DNA of 64,000 nt from Polyangiales bacterium (GCA_044229975.1 JBGARZ010000006.1:352001-416000); one strand, 5' to 3'. Positions 46,558-56,708 are shown, numbered from the stretch's first letter. The notes: generated by a model not told the origin, from the letters alone. Translations and numbers: made by a program.

Positions 46558-48080
46558 TCGTCGACGATGGGCGTGACCATCTCCTCGGGTCCGAAGAGCG
46601 AGAGCTGTAGCCACTTCGCGAGGCCCTTGCCCTCCATGCGAGCCACGAGCTGCTGGGCCGCGCGGTTCATCTTCTGGAGCTCACGCAGGCGCAGGTTGCG
46701 CTCGGTAGGCAGCGCGTCGGCGAAGCGCCACGCCGTCTTGCCCTCCGGGTGCGACACGATGCGAAGCCACGTGCGCCACTCGTGCGCCGCCGCCTCGGAC
46801 ATCACCCGCCGCGTCAGGTCGTGCAGCGCCGGGGTCGCCTGCTCGTTGCCGTGCGTGCTCTCCAACAGCATCCCCGTGGTGAGCGACTGCGCCCCGCGCG
46901 TGAGGCACGCGCACGCCTCGGTGAGCACCACGCGCGCCACGTCGTGCAGCTTCGAGGTCTCGCGGAAGTTGCCGCGCTCAGCCGCTACCGGGAGCGCCAA
47001 CTGGAGCAGCGGCTCGGGGGCGATGAGGTCGTCTCGCACGTCCGCGTTGACGTGGTACTGGAGCGCCGACAGCACGCGGATGGCCGTGGACGCGGGGGTG
47101 CGCGCGCCGAGCTCCAGCGAGAGACCTTCGCGGTCGACGGTGAAGAGCGCCGCGCGGCCCACGTCGAGGTCGACGGCGCGGATCTGGAAGCTCTCCGCGC
47201 CCGTCTGCTCGGGGATGCCCCACAGGCGGAAGGGCTCGGTGCCCGAGAACATCCGACCGACTCCATACGCCAGGTCGTCGAGGGTCCAGCGCACCGGGAT
47301 CATCACGCGCCGTGGGGTCTTCTGCGCCGCCTCCAGCGCCGTCACCAGCGTGTCGTGCTCGGCCAGCAGCGCCTGCACCAGGCGCTCGTGGTCGGCGAAG
47401 GAGGTCCCGATCGCGGTGATCTTCCCGGTGTGGAACACCTCTGCCAGGCAGTACTTCTCGTCGTCGCCGAGGCGGACGCGCACGCTGTACACGCTCGTCG
47501 CCATCGGCAGCACGTCGCTGTGCCGCAGCTTGTCGAGGGTCTCCTTGGCGCGTGGTCCCCAGAAGCGCAGCGTCACCGAGTCGATGCCCGCGGGGTCGGG
47601 CGTCCTTCGCAGCGGTCGACGGTCGTGCCGCAGCGAGAACAGAACCATCTTCGCCTCCTGGCTCTTGGCCAGGGTCTCGAGCGCGCGCGGCGGCAGCCAT
47701 ACACACTCCAGTAAGCCCGAACCCGACACCAGCATCTCGTGGACGCGGTCGGCGTCCTTGGCGGTTCCGACCGTGTAGAGGCGGTGGATGCGGACGCCGG
47801 AGGTGTCGAGCCAGAGCTGCACCTCCTCGCCGAGCCACAGCGCCACGAGGTGGGCGTCGTCGGTGCGCTCGACGGTGATGCCGAGCGGGCCGCACAGCTC
47901 CTGGAGGGCGCCGTAGGGGTCCGAGCGCATGCGCCCGTGAGCTTCCAGCAGGAAGGTCTTGAGGGCGGTGCGGGCTTCGATGTCTTCGTCGATCGCGGGG
48001 CCGCCGGCGCGCGTGGACGCTGCGGTCATCTGCCGCTCCAACAGCAGCGAGAGGTCGCGCCGCGAACGGATCGTGAACAT
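46554..48080 (-). CDS. Uncharacterised cytoplasmic protein with C-terminal QLSLF motif
   Basis: 508-aa ORF with host codon usage; KTFLLEAH, GTSF, PFRLWG and AVDL motifs; QLSLF at 46593-46607. Confidence 0.8.
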   Translation of the reverse strand: MFTIRSRRDLSLLLERQMTAASTRAGGPAIDEDIEARTALKTFLLEAHGRMRSDPYGALQELCGPLGITVERTDDAHLVALWLGEEVQLWLDTSGVRIHRLYTVGTAKDADRVHEMLVSGSGLLECVWLPPRALETLAKSQEAKMVLFSLRHDRRPLRRTPDPAGIDSVTLRFWGPRAKETLDKLRHSDVLPMATSVYSVRVRLGDDEKYCLAEVFHTGKITAIGTSFADHERLVQALLAEHDTLVTALEAAQKTPRRVMIPVRWTLDDLAYGVGRMFSGTEPFRLWGIPEQTGAESFQIRAVDLDVGRAALFTVDREGLSLELGARTPASTAIRVLSALQYHVNADVRDDLIAPEPLLQLALPVAAERGNFRETSKLHDVARVVLTEACACLTRGAQSLTTGMLLESTHGNEQATPALHDLTRRVMSEAAAHEWRTWLRIVSHPEGKTAWRFADALPTERNLRLRELQKMNRAAQQLVARMEGKGLAKWLQLSLFGPEEMVTPIVDE

Positions 48081-48141
48081 GGCGGAGGACGCTACGCTGC
48101 GCGGCGGCGGGGGCGGTAATTTCCGGGCAACCGGGGGAGTG

Positions 48142-50280
48142 TCAGCGCACCCAGATGGCGTACGCCGCGCCGGGGTTGGGGTAGTAGATCAGCCCGGTGC
48201 TGTAGCTGCTGTACATCCAGTTGGAGGCGTTGGCGCCGCACAGCGTGAGGCCGTTGTTGGTCCCCGCGTTGCCGAAGTCCCAGCCGTCGCCGAGGCTCCC
48301 GTGGCCCTTGCAGTCGGCGGGCGCGCCCGCGGGCTGGTTCACCTGCCCGGAGCCCCCGTCGGTGTAGCTCGCCGGGCCGCCGCACCAGTAGAAGCCGTCG
48401 TTGTTGTAGAGGTAGTAGCCCGGCTGCCCGAAGCGGATGCGCAGGCTCGTGCGCTGGATGTCGGTGCTCAGGTACGTGCGCGCCCCCGCCCCGTAGGCCG
48501 CCAGCCGCATCGTCGTGTACGGGAACGCGTTGAGGTCGACCCAACCCGCGACGCCCGTCGTGCTCGATGAGGCCATCGCAGGGTTGGTCGCGAGCGCCGC
48601 CACGTTGGTGTACGCCGCGCCGAAATCACCGTAGTTGCCGCGGTGCGCGGAGTTCTTGAGGAAGGTGAGCGTCCAGCCGCCGCCGCTCGTCTCCATGTCG
48701 CACACCACGCTGAACGCCGCGACGCCGCCCGCCCCGTCAGGGTCGATGGAGTACACCCCCGACGGCAGCGCAGGTAGCGCCGCGTGGATCGCCGCGCAGC
48801 TCGCCAGCGCCGTGCACGCCCCCGCCGCGCACCCCTGGCCCGTCGCGCAGACGCGACCGCACGCCCCGCAGTTGAGCACGTCGGCGCGCACGTCGCGCTC
48901 GCACCCGGTCGACGCCATCCCGTCGCAGTTGTCGAAGCCCGTCGCGCACGTCGTGACGGAGCACGCGCTCGCCGCGCACGTCGCCGTCGCGACGTTGGCC
49001 GTCACGCAGCTCCGACCGCAGCCGCCGCAGTTGGTCGCGCTCGTCGCGAGGTTGGTCTCGCACCCGTCGCTCGCGTCGCCGTTGCACTCGCCGTAGCCCG
49101 CCACGCACACGCTCGAACACGCGCTCCCCGTACACGCCGGAACCGCGTTGGGACGCGTCGCGCACGCCGTCCCGCACACCCCGCAGTGCGTCGCGTTGGT
49201 GCGCGTGTCGACCTCGCAGCCGTTGCTCGCGTTGAGGTCGCAGTCGCCGAAGCCCGTCGTGCAGGAGGCCACGGTGCACACGCTCGCCACGCACGCGCCG
49301 GCGGCGTTGGGCGGGGCGCAGCCGCGGTTGCACGCGCCGCAGTGGGCGGCGCTGGTGCGGGTGTCGACCTCGCAGCCGTTGCTCGCGTCGCCGTCGCAGT
49401 CGGCGAAGCCGGTGAGGCAGGTCGAGCCGCAGACGCCCGCCGCGCAGGACGCGGTCGAGTTGGCGGGGACGGGGCATGCGTTCATGCACGCGCCGCAGTG
49501 CGCGAGGTCGGACTGGGTGTTGGTCTCGCAGCCGTTGGTCGCGTTGCCGTCGCAGTTGGCGTTGGGCGCGGTGCAGGTGCCGACGGCGCAGGTGCCGTTC
49601 ATGCACAGCGAGGTGCCGTTGGTGATGGTGCACCGCGCATCGCACGCGCCGCAGTGGGCGACGTTGGACTGCGGGTCGACGCACGCGCCCGCGCAGCACT
49701 GCTGCGACGACGGACACGGCCGCGACGGGTTGCACCCGGCGACGCAGACGGCGCCGACGCAGAGCGTTCCGGAGGGGCAGTGGGCGTCGGTCACGCAGTC
49801 GACGCAGGCGTGGGTCGCCACGTCGCAGCGCCGCGTGGACACGCCGCCGTCGCCGCTCGTCGCGCAGCCCTCGTCGTTGCGACAGCCCGCGGTGCAGGTG
49901 TTCGTCCCGGCGACGCAGTACTGACCCGCGGGGCAGGTGTCGGCGCTCGCCACGCACTGCACGCACCGACCCGAGACGGTGTCGCACGTCGCACCGCCCG
50001 CGTTGCCCGCGCACGACGCGTTGTCGGTGCAGCGAAACGGGACGTCCACGGCGGGGGCGTCCCCCGCGTCGATGCCCGGCACGTCGGGCGCGACCTGCAC
50101 GTCGACCACGTCCATGCCTTGCACGTCGGGCCTGTCGATGGCGGGAACATCCACCGGGTTGGAGCCCGTGTCCGAGCTGGCGTCGACGTCGGCGTCGTTG
50201 CCGCCCACGACGGTCTGGTTGTCGCTGCACGCCACGGCCAGCGAGCACAGGGCACAGGCGGTCCACCATCGAAGTGTCAT
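48142..50280 (-). CDS. Cys-rich repeat lipoprotein with C-terminal fibrinogen-like domain
   Basis: LAVAC lipobox; repeated CDG(N/D)xSNGCE...HCGAC units; SCAAIH...SGVYSIDPDG...CDMETSGGGWT. Confidence 0.85.
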   Translation of the reverse strand: MTLRWWTACALCSLAVACSDNQTVVGGNDADVDASSDTGSNPVDVPAIDRPDVQGMDVVDVQVAPDVPGIDAGDAPAVDVPFRCTDNASCAGNAGGATCDTVSGRCVQCVASADTCPAGQYCVAGTNTCTAGCRNDEGCATSGDGGVSTRRCDVATHACVDCVTDAHCPSGTLCVGAVCVAGCNPSRPCPSSQQCCAGACVDPQSNVAHCGACDARCTITNGTSLCMNGTCAVGTCTAPNANCDGNATNGCETNTQSDLAHCGACMNACPVPANSTASCAAGVCGSTCLTGFADCDGDASNGCEVDTRTSAAHCGACNRGCAPPNAAGACVASVCTVASCTTGFGDCDLNASNGCEVDTRTNATHCGVCGTACATRPNAVPACTGSACSSVCVAGYGECNGDASDGCETNLATSATNCGGCGRSCVTANVATATCAASACSVTTCATGFDNCDGMASTGCERDVRADVLNCGACGRVCATGQGCAAGACTALASCAAIHAALPALPSGVYSIDPDGAGGVAAFSVVCDMETSGGGWTLTFLKNSAHRGNYGDFGAAYTNVAALATNPAMASSSTTGVAGWVDLNAFPYTTMRLAAYGAGARTYLSTDIQRTSLRIRFGQPGYYLYNNDGFYWCGGPASYTDGGSGQVNQPAGAPADCKGHGSLGDGWDFGNAGTNNGLTLCGANASNWMYSSYSTGLIYYPNPGAAYAIWVR

Positions 50281-50392
50281 TGCGTGCGAAGCCTCCGAAG
50301 CGCGACGCTAACAGATGTCTCGCGGCGACCGCGACGACGACGTCACCGGGCCTACACCGCCGTCACCATCGGGTAGTCTCCCGCTGCCCGCC

Positions 50393-52000
50393 ATGTACCG
50401 CGAACCCTCGTACGCCCAGGCTGCCGACACGCTCACGCCCTTCGTCCGCCTCGCGGCCGGATCAGCGGGCGTCCCCGAGCTCCGCTTCGCGCCCGACATC
50501 CCCGCGAAGCAGCTCCAGGGGTGCCTCACCTTCGCGCAGGTCGCGCCCCACGAGCAGCCCGTGGCGCTCGTCGACACCACGGTGCTCCAGTCGGGCAAGG
50601 GCGGCGTGCTCGTCACCAACCTCGCCGTGCACATCGACTCGCCGCGCATGCGCATCCCGTTGGAGCTCGTTCAGTACGAGCCGACCTTTCCGCGCGGGCT
50701 CACCGAGGCCGGCGCGCTGCACACCACGCAGGGCGCGACGATGCTCCCGCGCATGCCGTCGCGCGAGGTCTCCATCGCCCTCGCGCGGCTCTTGAGCGCC
50801 GTCGCCCAGTGGGTGCGAAGCGGCGGTCGCGCGACCGTGGGCGCAGGCGCCGTCGCGGGGCCCGTCGGCGCGCTCGCGTCGCAGTGGCTGCGCGGCGAGG
50901 GCATCCTGTCGCGGCCGGTGATCGCGGCGCCGAAACTCCACGTCGTGGCGGGGTGCATGCCCGACTGGGTGGGCCCCGACACCGACGAGGAGCTCATCGC
51001 CCTCGTCGACGAGACCGTGAGCGGGGACGGCACGCGCGCCATCGTGTTCACCGACCGGCGCATCATCACCAACGCCGACACGCGGCCGATGCAGATCGCG
51101 TACGGCGCGATGCAGTCGGTCGAGGTCTTCAAGGGCATGGTCAACAGCTCGCTGCGCATCGCCGTCAATGGCTCGCGCATGGAGCTCAACACCGTCGCGA
51201 CGCGCGAGTCGGCGCAGGCCATGGGCGCGTTTCTGCACAACCTCCTGGCGCTGCCGCCGGACTATCGACGCGCGGCGCCTGCCGAGGCGCCGGGGGCCGA
51301 TGATCCGACGGGGGCGATGGCCTCGCTGCGCGCGCAGCCGTGGCCCGACCCGCGGGTGTCGGCGCTGTTCGAGCTCATCCACGCGGCGCACGCGAAGGGG
51401 GAGGTTCCGCTGGAGGCGGCGGGCGACCTCGTGGTGCGAACGCGGTTGCTCCAGCGCGCGGTGGGCTCGGGGCACGGGCGCTACAACGGCGCGTGCGTGT
51501 CGCCGTTGTCAGTGGTCGACCTCGACTTCCTGCTCTTTCAGAGCCTGGGGCAACCCTTTCGGCAGCAGGTGGTGCCGGGCGGCAAGGTGCTGGAGTTCGA
51601 CCTGCGAACGGGCGGCAACGCGGCGGGGATGATCGCCTCCAACGTGGTCGGCCTCGCGATGCTCGCGGTGGTCGGCATCGGCTGGGTGGGCGGCGGCGGC
51701 AACCGCTCGCAGCAGGTGTTCGCGCGCATCTACGAGGCGCCGGTGGGGTCGTACTTCTCGCTCACTGACGCGTCGGGCAAGAGCCTCGCGGAGTCGGAGC
51801 CGAAGCTCTACGGCACGCTCTCGTCGGCCTTCGCGGACGCCGCCGCCGACACGCTGCTGCGACGCGTTCTGTTTGGGTGGAACCATCCCCCGCACACGCT
51901 CCACGCGCTCCCGGTGGCGACCATCGAGCAGCGCGTCGTGGCGTTGTTGGGACGCGGTGATGCGGGGGTGTTTCTGCGACGCGACGGGCTCGGCGGCTGA
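50393..52000 (+). CDS. Hypothetical protein with two PH-like repeats
   Basis: Duplicated ALVDxTV..xG....v.T motif; alternative start at 50315. Confidence 0.7.
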   Translation: MYREPSYAQAADTLTPFVRLAAGSAGVPELRFAPDIPAKQLQGCLTFAQVAPHEQPVALVDTTVLQSGKGGVLVTNLAVHIDSPRMRIPLELVQYEPTFPRGLTEAGALHTTQGATMLPRMPSREVSIALARLLSAVAQWVRSGGRATVGAGAVAGPVGALASQWLRGEGILSRPVIAAPKLHVVAGCMPDWVGPDTDEELIALVDETVSGDGTRAIVFTDRRIITNADTRPMQIAYGAMQSVEVFKGMVNSSLRIAVNGSRMELNTVATRESAQAMGAFLHNLLALPPDYRRAAPAEAPGADDPTGAMASLRAQPWPDPRVSALFELIHAAHAKGEVPLEAAGDLVVRTRLLQRAVGSGHGRYNGACVSPLSVVDLDFLLFQSLGQPFRQQVVPGGKVLEFDLRTGGNAAGMIASNVVGLAMLAVVGIGWVGGGGNRSQQVFARIYEAPVGSYFSLTDASGKSLAESEPKLYGTLSSAFADAAADTLLRRVLFGWNHPPHTLHALPVATIEQRVVALLGRGDAGVFLRRDGLGG

Positions 52001-52003
52001 CGG

Positions 52004-53332
52004 CTACGCCTGGCGCTTGATGGCCGCCGCGAGCGTTCCGACGAGCTCGTCGATGTGCGACTGCTCGACGATGTACGGCGGGCACAACACCAGGTTTTCG
52101 CCCGCGGCGCGCACCAGCGTCCCGTGGTGGAAGCAGTCCAGAAACACCTCGTACGCCCGCTTGCCCGGCGCGCCCGCGATGCCGCTCAGCTCCACCGCGC
52201 CCGCAAGACCCAGCGTGCGGATGCCCACCACGTTGGGCAGTCCCTTGAGCGCCGCGTGCATCGCGTCGCCCAGCGCCTTGCCCATCACGCCCGCGCGGGC
52301 GATGAGGCCCTCTTCCTTCATCAGGTCGAGCGTCGCGACGGCCGCGGCGCACGCCACCGGGTGACCCGAGTACGTGTACCCGTGGAGAAACTCCACCGCG
52401 TGCTCGGGGCCGGTCATCATCGCGTCGTAGAGGTGGTCGCGACACACCACGCCGCCCAGCGGAATCACCCCGTTGGTCACACACTTGGCGAAGTTGAGCA
52501 TGTCGGGAACGACCCCGAAGTAGTCCGCGCCGAAGCCCGTCCCGAGTCGGCCGAAGCCCGTGATGACCTCGTCGAAGATGAGCAGGATGCCGTGCTTGTC
52601 GCAGATCTCGCGCAGGCGCTTCAGGTACCCCTTCGGCGGGATGTACCAGCCCGCGCTCCCCGCGATGGGCTCCACGATGATGGCCGCGACGTTGCTCGGG
52701 TCGTGCAGCGGCAGGATGCGCGTCTCCAGCTCGACGAGCGGGTCTTCCGCCCAGACGGGTTCTTCGTTGTGGATGTACGCGTGATTGACCGGGTCGTGCA
52801 TGAAGCGCAGGTGGTCGACGCGCGGCAGCAGCGCGGCCCCGAACGCCTTGCGGTTGGCGGGAATGCCACCGACGCTCATGCCGCCAAAACCGACGCCGTG
52901 ATAGCCGCGCTCGCGGCCGATGAAGACGGTGCGGTGGCCTTCGCCGCGCGCCCGGTGGTAGGCGAGCGCGACCTTCAATGAGGTGTCGGCGGCCTCCGAG
53001 CCGGAGTTGCAGAACAGCACCTTGTTGAGGTCGCCCGGCGCCATGGAGGCGATGCGCTCGGCCGCGAGGAAGGCCTGGTCGTTGCCGATCTGGAACGCCG
53101 TCGCGTAGTCGAGCGTGTCGAGCTGCCGCTTGATGGCCTCGTTGATGGGGCGGCGGTTGTGGCCCGCGCCGACGCACCAGAGGCTCGACACGCCGTCGAT
53201 GACCTTGCGGCCGTCGTGCGTGGTGAAGTGCATGCCCTCGGCGGCGACGAAGACCCGCGGGTCCTTGCGGAAGTGACGGTTGGACGTGAAGGGCAACCAG
53301 TGGTTGTCCATCGTGAACTCGGGAGTCGTCAT
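52004..53332 (-). CDS. Class III PLP aminotransferase (omega-amino acid/beta-alanine:pyruvate type)
   Basis: WLPFT, NSGSEA, GYHG, FDEVITGFGRLG, FAKCVTNG, HGYTYSGHP. Confidence 0.93.
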   Translation of the reverse strand: MTTPEFTMDNHWLPFTSNRHFRKDPRVFVAAEGMHFTTHDGRKVIDGVSSLWCVGAGHNRRPINEAIKRQLDTLDYATAFQIGNDQAFLAAERIASMAPGDLNKVLFCNSGSEAADTSLKVALAYHRARGEGHRTVFIGRERGYHGVGFGGMSVGGIPANRKAFGAALLPRVDHLRFMHDPVNHAYIHNEEPVWAEDPLVELETRILPLHDPSNVAAIIVEPIAGSAGWYIPPKGYLKRLREICDKHGILLIFDEVITGFGRLGTGFGADYFGVVPDMLNFAKCVTNGVIPLGGVVCRDHLYDAMMTGPEHAVEFLHGYTYSGHPVACAAAVATLDLMKEEGLIARAGVMGKALGDAMHAALKGLPNVVGIRTLGLAGAVELSGIAGAPGKRAYEVFLDCFHHGTLVRAAGENLVLCPPYIVEQSHIDELVGTLAAAIKRQA

Positions 53333-53348
53333 GGGAGTGATGTCCTCT

Positions 53349-54401
53349 CTACGGCCAGGGGAACACCGCCGCCTCGCCGTGGCGCTCCACCTGTCGGCGG
53401 AGGTTGGCGAGCAGCGCCTGTCGGCGGAGCTCATACCCGGTATAGGCCCGCGACGCGACGAGGTGCACCGTGCTCGCCATCGGGTCGTGCGACACCGACT
53501 CGCGCAGCACCTCCGGCGTCACGCGCTGCACCGACTCGTACAGGTAGCGCGGCACGCGGCGCACCACGTTGGGATCACCCAGGCGGTTGATGACGTCGGG
53601 AAACCACCCGGCGTCGTTGTCGCGGAACACCAGGTCGTCGTGCTCGTCGGCGGTGATGTTGCAGCAGTTCCAGCGGTCGTAGTTGGCGGCGAGGTAGTCG
53701 AAGACGAGCACCTCGGACACCTGCCGCGCGCGCTCTCGCAACGCGCCTTCGGGGAGCGGCCGCGCGGGGTTGACCCACGACGACCATTCGCGACGCGCCG
53801 GGGGCAGGTGCATGTTCACGCGGTTGAGCGTGGGCATCCACACGCTGGCTGAGCCGAGCACCATCCCGCGGCGGTCGACCACGAGGTTGACGCCGCGCGC
53901 GAAGCGGCCAAACGCCGCCAGCGGAACGCGCTTGCCCACCGTCGGCGGCACGCGGTTGTCGATGCCGAGCAGCCGCGCCAGGTGATACGAGGTCACCTCG
54001 CGACGCCAGAAGGTCTCCTGCCCGGGGCGCTCGGGCTGGAAGCTGATCTCCACGCCGTCGCCGAGGTCCATGTGGAAGACGAAGAGCGTGCTGTGGAAGC
54101 GCTCCATCGTCCGCACCACCGGGCGCTCGGACATCTGCCGCAGCCACTCGTCCTCGCTGCGACCGCGAAACATCCGCACGCGCTCGCCCGTCGGCGCTGC
54201 TGCGACCACCGCAGCGTCGGGCGGAGGGCCCGCGTCGGGCACCGCGGCGTCGACCACCACCGTCGGCGCGACCGGGACATCCGCGGGCGCCTCGACGACC
54301 CTGGGCGACGTCGCCGGGGTGACGGGTGGCGCCGACGGCGAGGCGCACGCGGCGAGAGCGACCATCGCGCCAACGAGAGAAGAGAGACGACGAGAGCTCA
54401 T
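53349..54401 (-). CDS. Lipoprotein with atypical (Fam20C/four-jointed-like) kinase fold
   Basis: LAAC lipobox; EVTSYHLARLLG...VPPTV, FDYLAANYDR, FRDNDAGW. Confidence 0.7.
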   Translation of the reverse strand: MSSRRLSSLVGAMVALAACASPSAPPVTPATSPRVVEAPADVPVAPTVVVDAAVPDAGPPPDAAVVAAAPTGERVRMFRGRSEDEWLRQMSERPVVRTMERFHSTLFVFHMDLGDGVEISFQPERPGQETFWRREVTSYHLARLLGIDNRVPPTVGKRVPLAAFGRFARGVNLVVDRRGMVLGSASVWMPTLNRVNMHLPPARREWSSWVNPARPLPEGALRERARQVSEVLVFDYLAANYDRWNCCNITADEHDDLVFRDNDAGWFPDVINRLGDPNVVRRVPRYLYESVQRVTPEVLRESVSHDPMASTVHLVASRAYTGYELRRQALLANLRRQVERHGEAAVFPWP

Positions 54402-54455
54402 GCGGTGGGTCGTTAGGTTCTGTCAGGGCGTCGGGTCGAAGCAAGAAAGTCCGCG

Positions 54456-55019
54456 TCACCGCGCCCGGCGCCAGCGCCACGCGGCCACCATCGCCCCGAA
54501 AACCAGCGCGCCCAGCAGCACCACCCGCGCCGACACCCCGTGCCGCAGCACCACGTCCACCCGCTGCTCGATGCGCCTGCCGTCGCGCCCGCCAGCGTGG
54601 CCGTCGATCGAGAAGCGCTCGTCGTGCTCCCTCACCACCGGCACCCAGCGCACCGTCGCGCCGCGCGCTCGCACCCTCGTCGCCACGTCGTCGAGCAGTC
54701 CCGTCGAACGCGTTTCGACGTCGGCGCTCACCAGCGCAAACGCTCCCGCCACCGTCGCTCCGGGCGGCGCCTGCGTCGCGTGGTGCAACGTCAGCGACAG
54801 CTCCATCGATGGGCATCGGTACGTCGCCCGAACCGTCGCTCCCTCCACGCTTGCGCCCGCGAGACGACACCCGCCGTGCAGCACATCGCGACCGCCCAGC
54901 ATCGCCAGCACCGCGCGCTCCTGGCCGGGCGGAATCACGCACTCGTCGCACTCCTCGGGCGGCAGCGACCGCGCCTCACACGCAGCAAGCAACAGCAGCA
55001 ACCACCAGGGGCGCGTCAC
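54456..55019 (-). CDS. Hypothetical lipoprotein with C-terminal TM segment and basic tail
   Basis: LLAAC lipobox; GTGA overlap with the upstream gene. Confidence 0.65.
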   Translation of the reverse strand: MTRPWWLLLLLAACEARSLPPEECDECVIPPGQERAVLAMLGGRDVLHGGCRLAGASVEGATVRATYRCPSMELSLTLHHATQAPPGATVAGAFALVSADVETRSTGLLDDVATRVRARGATVRWVPVVREHDERFSIDGHAGGRDGRRIEQRVDVVLRHGVSARVVLLGALVFGAMVAAWRWRRAR

Positions 55020-56698
55020 GGGCGGTCCCACCGGAGAACGGCGATGGTCACCGACGGATCGAAGCTCGGGATGTCGTGCGACGGGTTCGTCGAGCGGCGG
55101 ATCACCCGCGACGCCACGGTGCGCCACGGCAGCGCGTCGAGCGCATCGGCGCACGCGGGGATCATCCGCCCGAACGGCGTCACGCGGCTCTCCGTGAGGG
55201 TGAGCGCCGACGCGTCACCGCAGCCGCGCGGGCCGGGAGTGATGCAGAGCGGGTTCACGAAGCACACGCGGTCGAGCAGCAGGTACACGGGTCCTGCGAC
55301 GGTGGACGACGCCACCCGCGGGAGCATCGACGCGCGGATGAAGCGCCAGCGCGGGTGCTGCGCGGTGACCCAGGTTCCGCCGACGTGCGGCAGCGGATCG
55401 TCGGGGAGGTACACCACCGCTCCGCGCTCGGGGAGCGCGCGGAGTGCGTCGTGGAAGAAGCGGTACTCCTGCACATGGGGCGTCGCGATGCGATAGCCGT
55501 CGGGACGCCGCCACAACGAGACCGCCGCGAGCGCCACCACGGCCCACGGCGCGACGAGTCGCAGCCGCGTCGGCAACCGCTTCGCCAGCGTCGCGACGAG
55601 CCAGCCCACCGGGATCAACAGCGCCGCCATCGACAGGAGCTGGTGACGCAGTCCGGTGGGAAACCACCCCGTCCGCACGAGGCCGCCTTGCGCCAGCGCG
55701 ATGAGCGGAACCACCCCAACACCCAGCGCGAGGCGAACGTCCCTCCGTCGCACGCAGCCCACCGCGAGCGCGACGAGTGAGAGCGCCATGCACCAGCCCT
55801 CCCAGCGCGGGATGTACGGCTCCATCCACCCCACCCACCCAGGGTTGCGGTGCAGGTCGCTCAGCCACGGGAGGTTGGGCGCCCCCATGTAGCCGGGCGT
55901 CGCAGGCAGCGCGCGCCACGCCGAGACGATCCGCGCGGCCTGCACGATGAGCAACGCCGTCATGGCCGCGACTACGCCCACCGTCGCGCGCCACGCAACG
56001 CGCCCATCCGACGTACGCGCCGAGAGCAACGCCGGGACAGCGAGCGCCGCGAGGGGCAGCGTGATCTCGCGCGACGCGGCCGCGAGGCTGAGGGACAGCG
56101 CGCCGAGCGCGAGGGTGGCGCGGAGTCGTTGTGCAGCGCCGACGTGGAGCAGCGCGATGCCCGCGAGTCCGAGGCCCGACGCGGATACGAGAAACTCTTC
56201 CGTCGTCGCCATCGCGATGGCGAGCGGTTGGAGCGCGAGCAACGCGCCCGCGGTGTAGCCCGCGGTCACCGATCGGGTGACGAGGGACGTGTACGCGGTG
56301 AGTCCAACAACGGCGACGGAGGAGAGCACCGCGCCGAGGACGAACGCCCCGTGATCGCCGCCGCCTGCGAGACGAACGAGGAGGAGGTGCGCGGACGGGA
56401 CGCCGTGGGCTTCGGCAAGCGCGTTGAGACCAGGGGTCCAGGCGAGGTAGCGGTAGCCGTGGTGGTTCTCGTGGATGAGCGAGTGCGAGCCGAGCGTGAG
56501 GCGCAGCGCGAGGGCCGCGGCGAAGAGCGCCAACGCGAGCGCGAGATCACGGCGGCGGTGCGTCCAAGAGAGGCGCGAGAGCTCGACGAGCGCGGAGGGC
56601 GCGATGGCCACAGCGGCGAGCACCACGAGCAGGAGGAGTGTGATGGGGAGCGAGGTCGCGGTCGGTCGCAGCAGGTCGAGGTCGATGGTGGGGATCAC
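55016..56698 (-). CDS. Polytopic membrane protein, possible GT-C glycosyltransferase
   Basis: Many TM helices; HENHHG loop after an early helix; soluble C-terminal domain. Confidence 0.65.
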   Translation of the reverse strand: MIPTIDLDLLRPTATSLPITLLLLVVLAAVAIAPSALVELSRLSWTHRRRDLALALALFAAALALRLTLGSHSLIHENHHGYRYLAWTPGLNALAEAHGVPSAHLLLVRLAGGGDHGAFVLGAVLSSVAVVGLTAYTSLVTRSVTAGYTAGALLALQPLAIAMATTEEFLVSASGLGLAGIALLHVGAAQRLRATLALGALSLSLAAASREITLPLAALAVPALLSARTSDGRVAWRATVGVVAAMTALLIVQAARIVSAWRALPATPGYMGAPNLPWLSDLHRNPGWVGWMEPYIPRWEGWCMALSLVALAVGCVRRRDVRLALGVGVVPLIALAQGGLVRTGWFPTGLRHQLLSMAALLIPVGWLVATLAKRLPTRLRLVAPWAVVALAAVSLWRRPDGYRIATPHVQEYRFFHDALRALPERGAVVYLPDDPLPHVGGTWVTAQHPRWRFIRASMLPRVASSTVAGPVYLLLDRVCFVNPLCITPGPRGCGDASALTLTESRVTPFGRMIPACADALDALPWRTVASRVIRRSTNPSHDIPSFDPSVTIAVLRWDRP

Positions 56699-56708
56699 GG
56701 AGCCGCGA

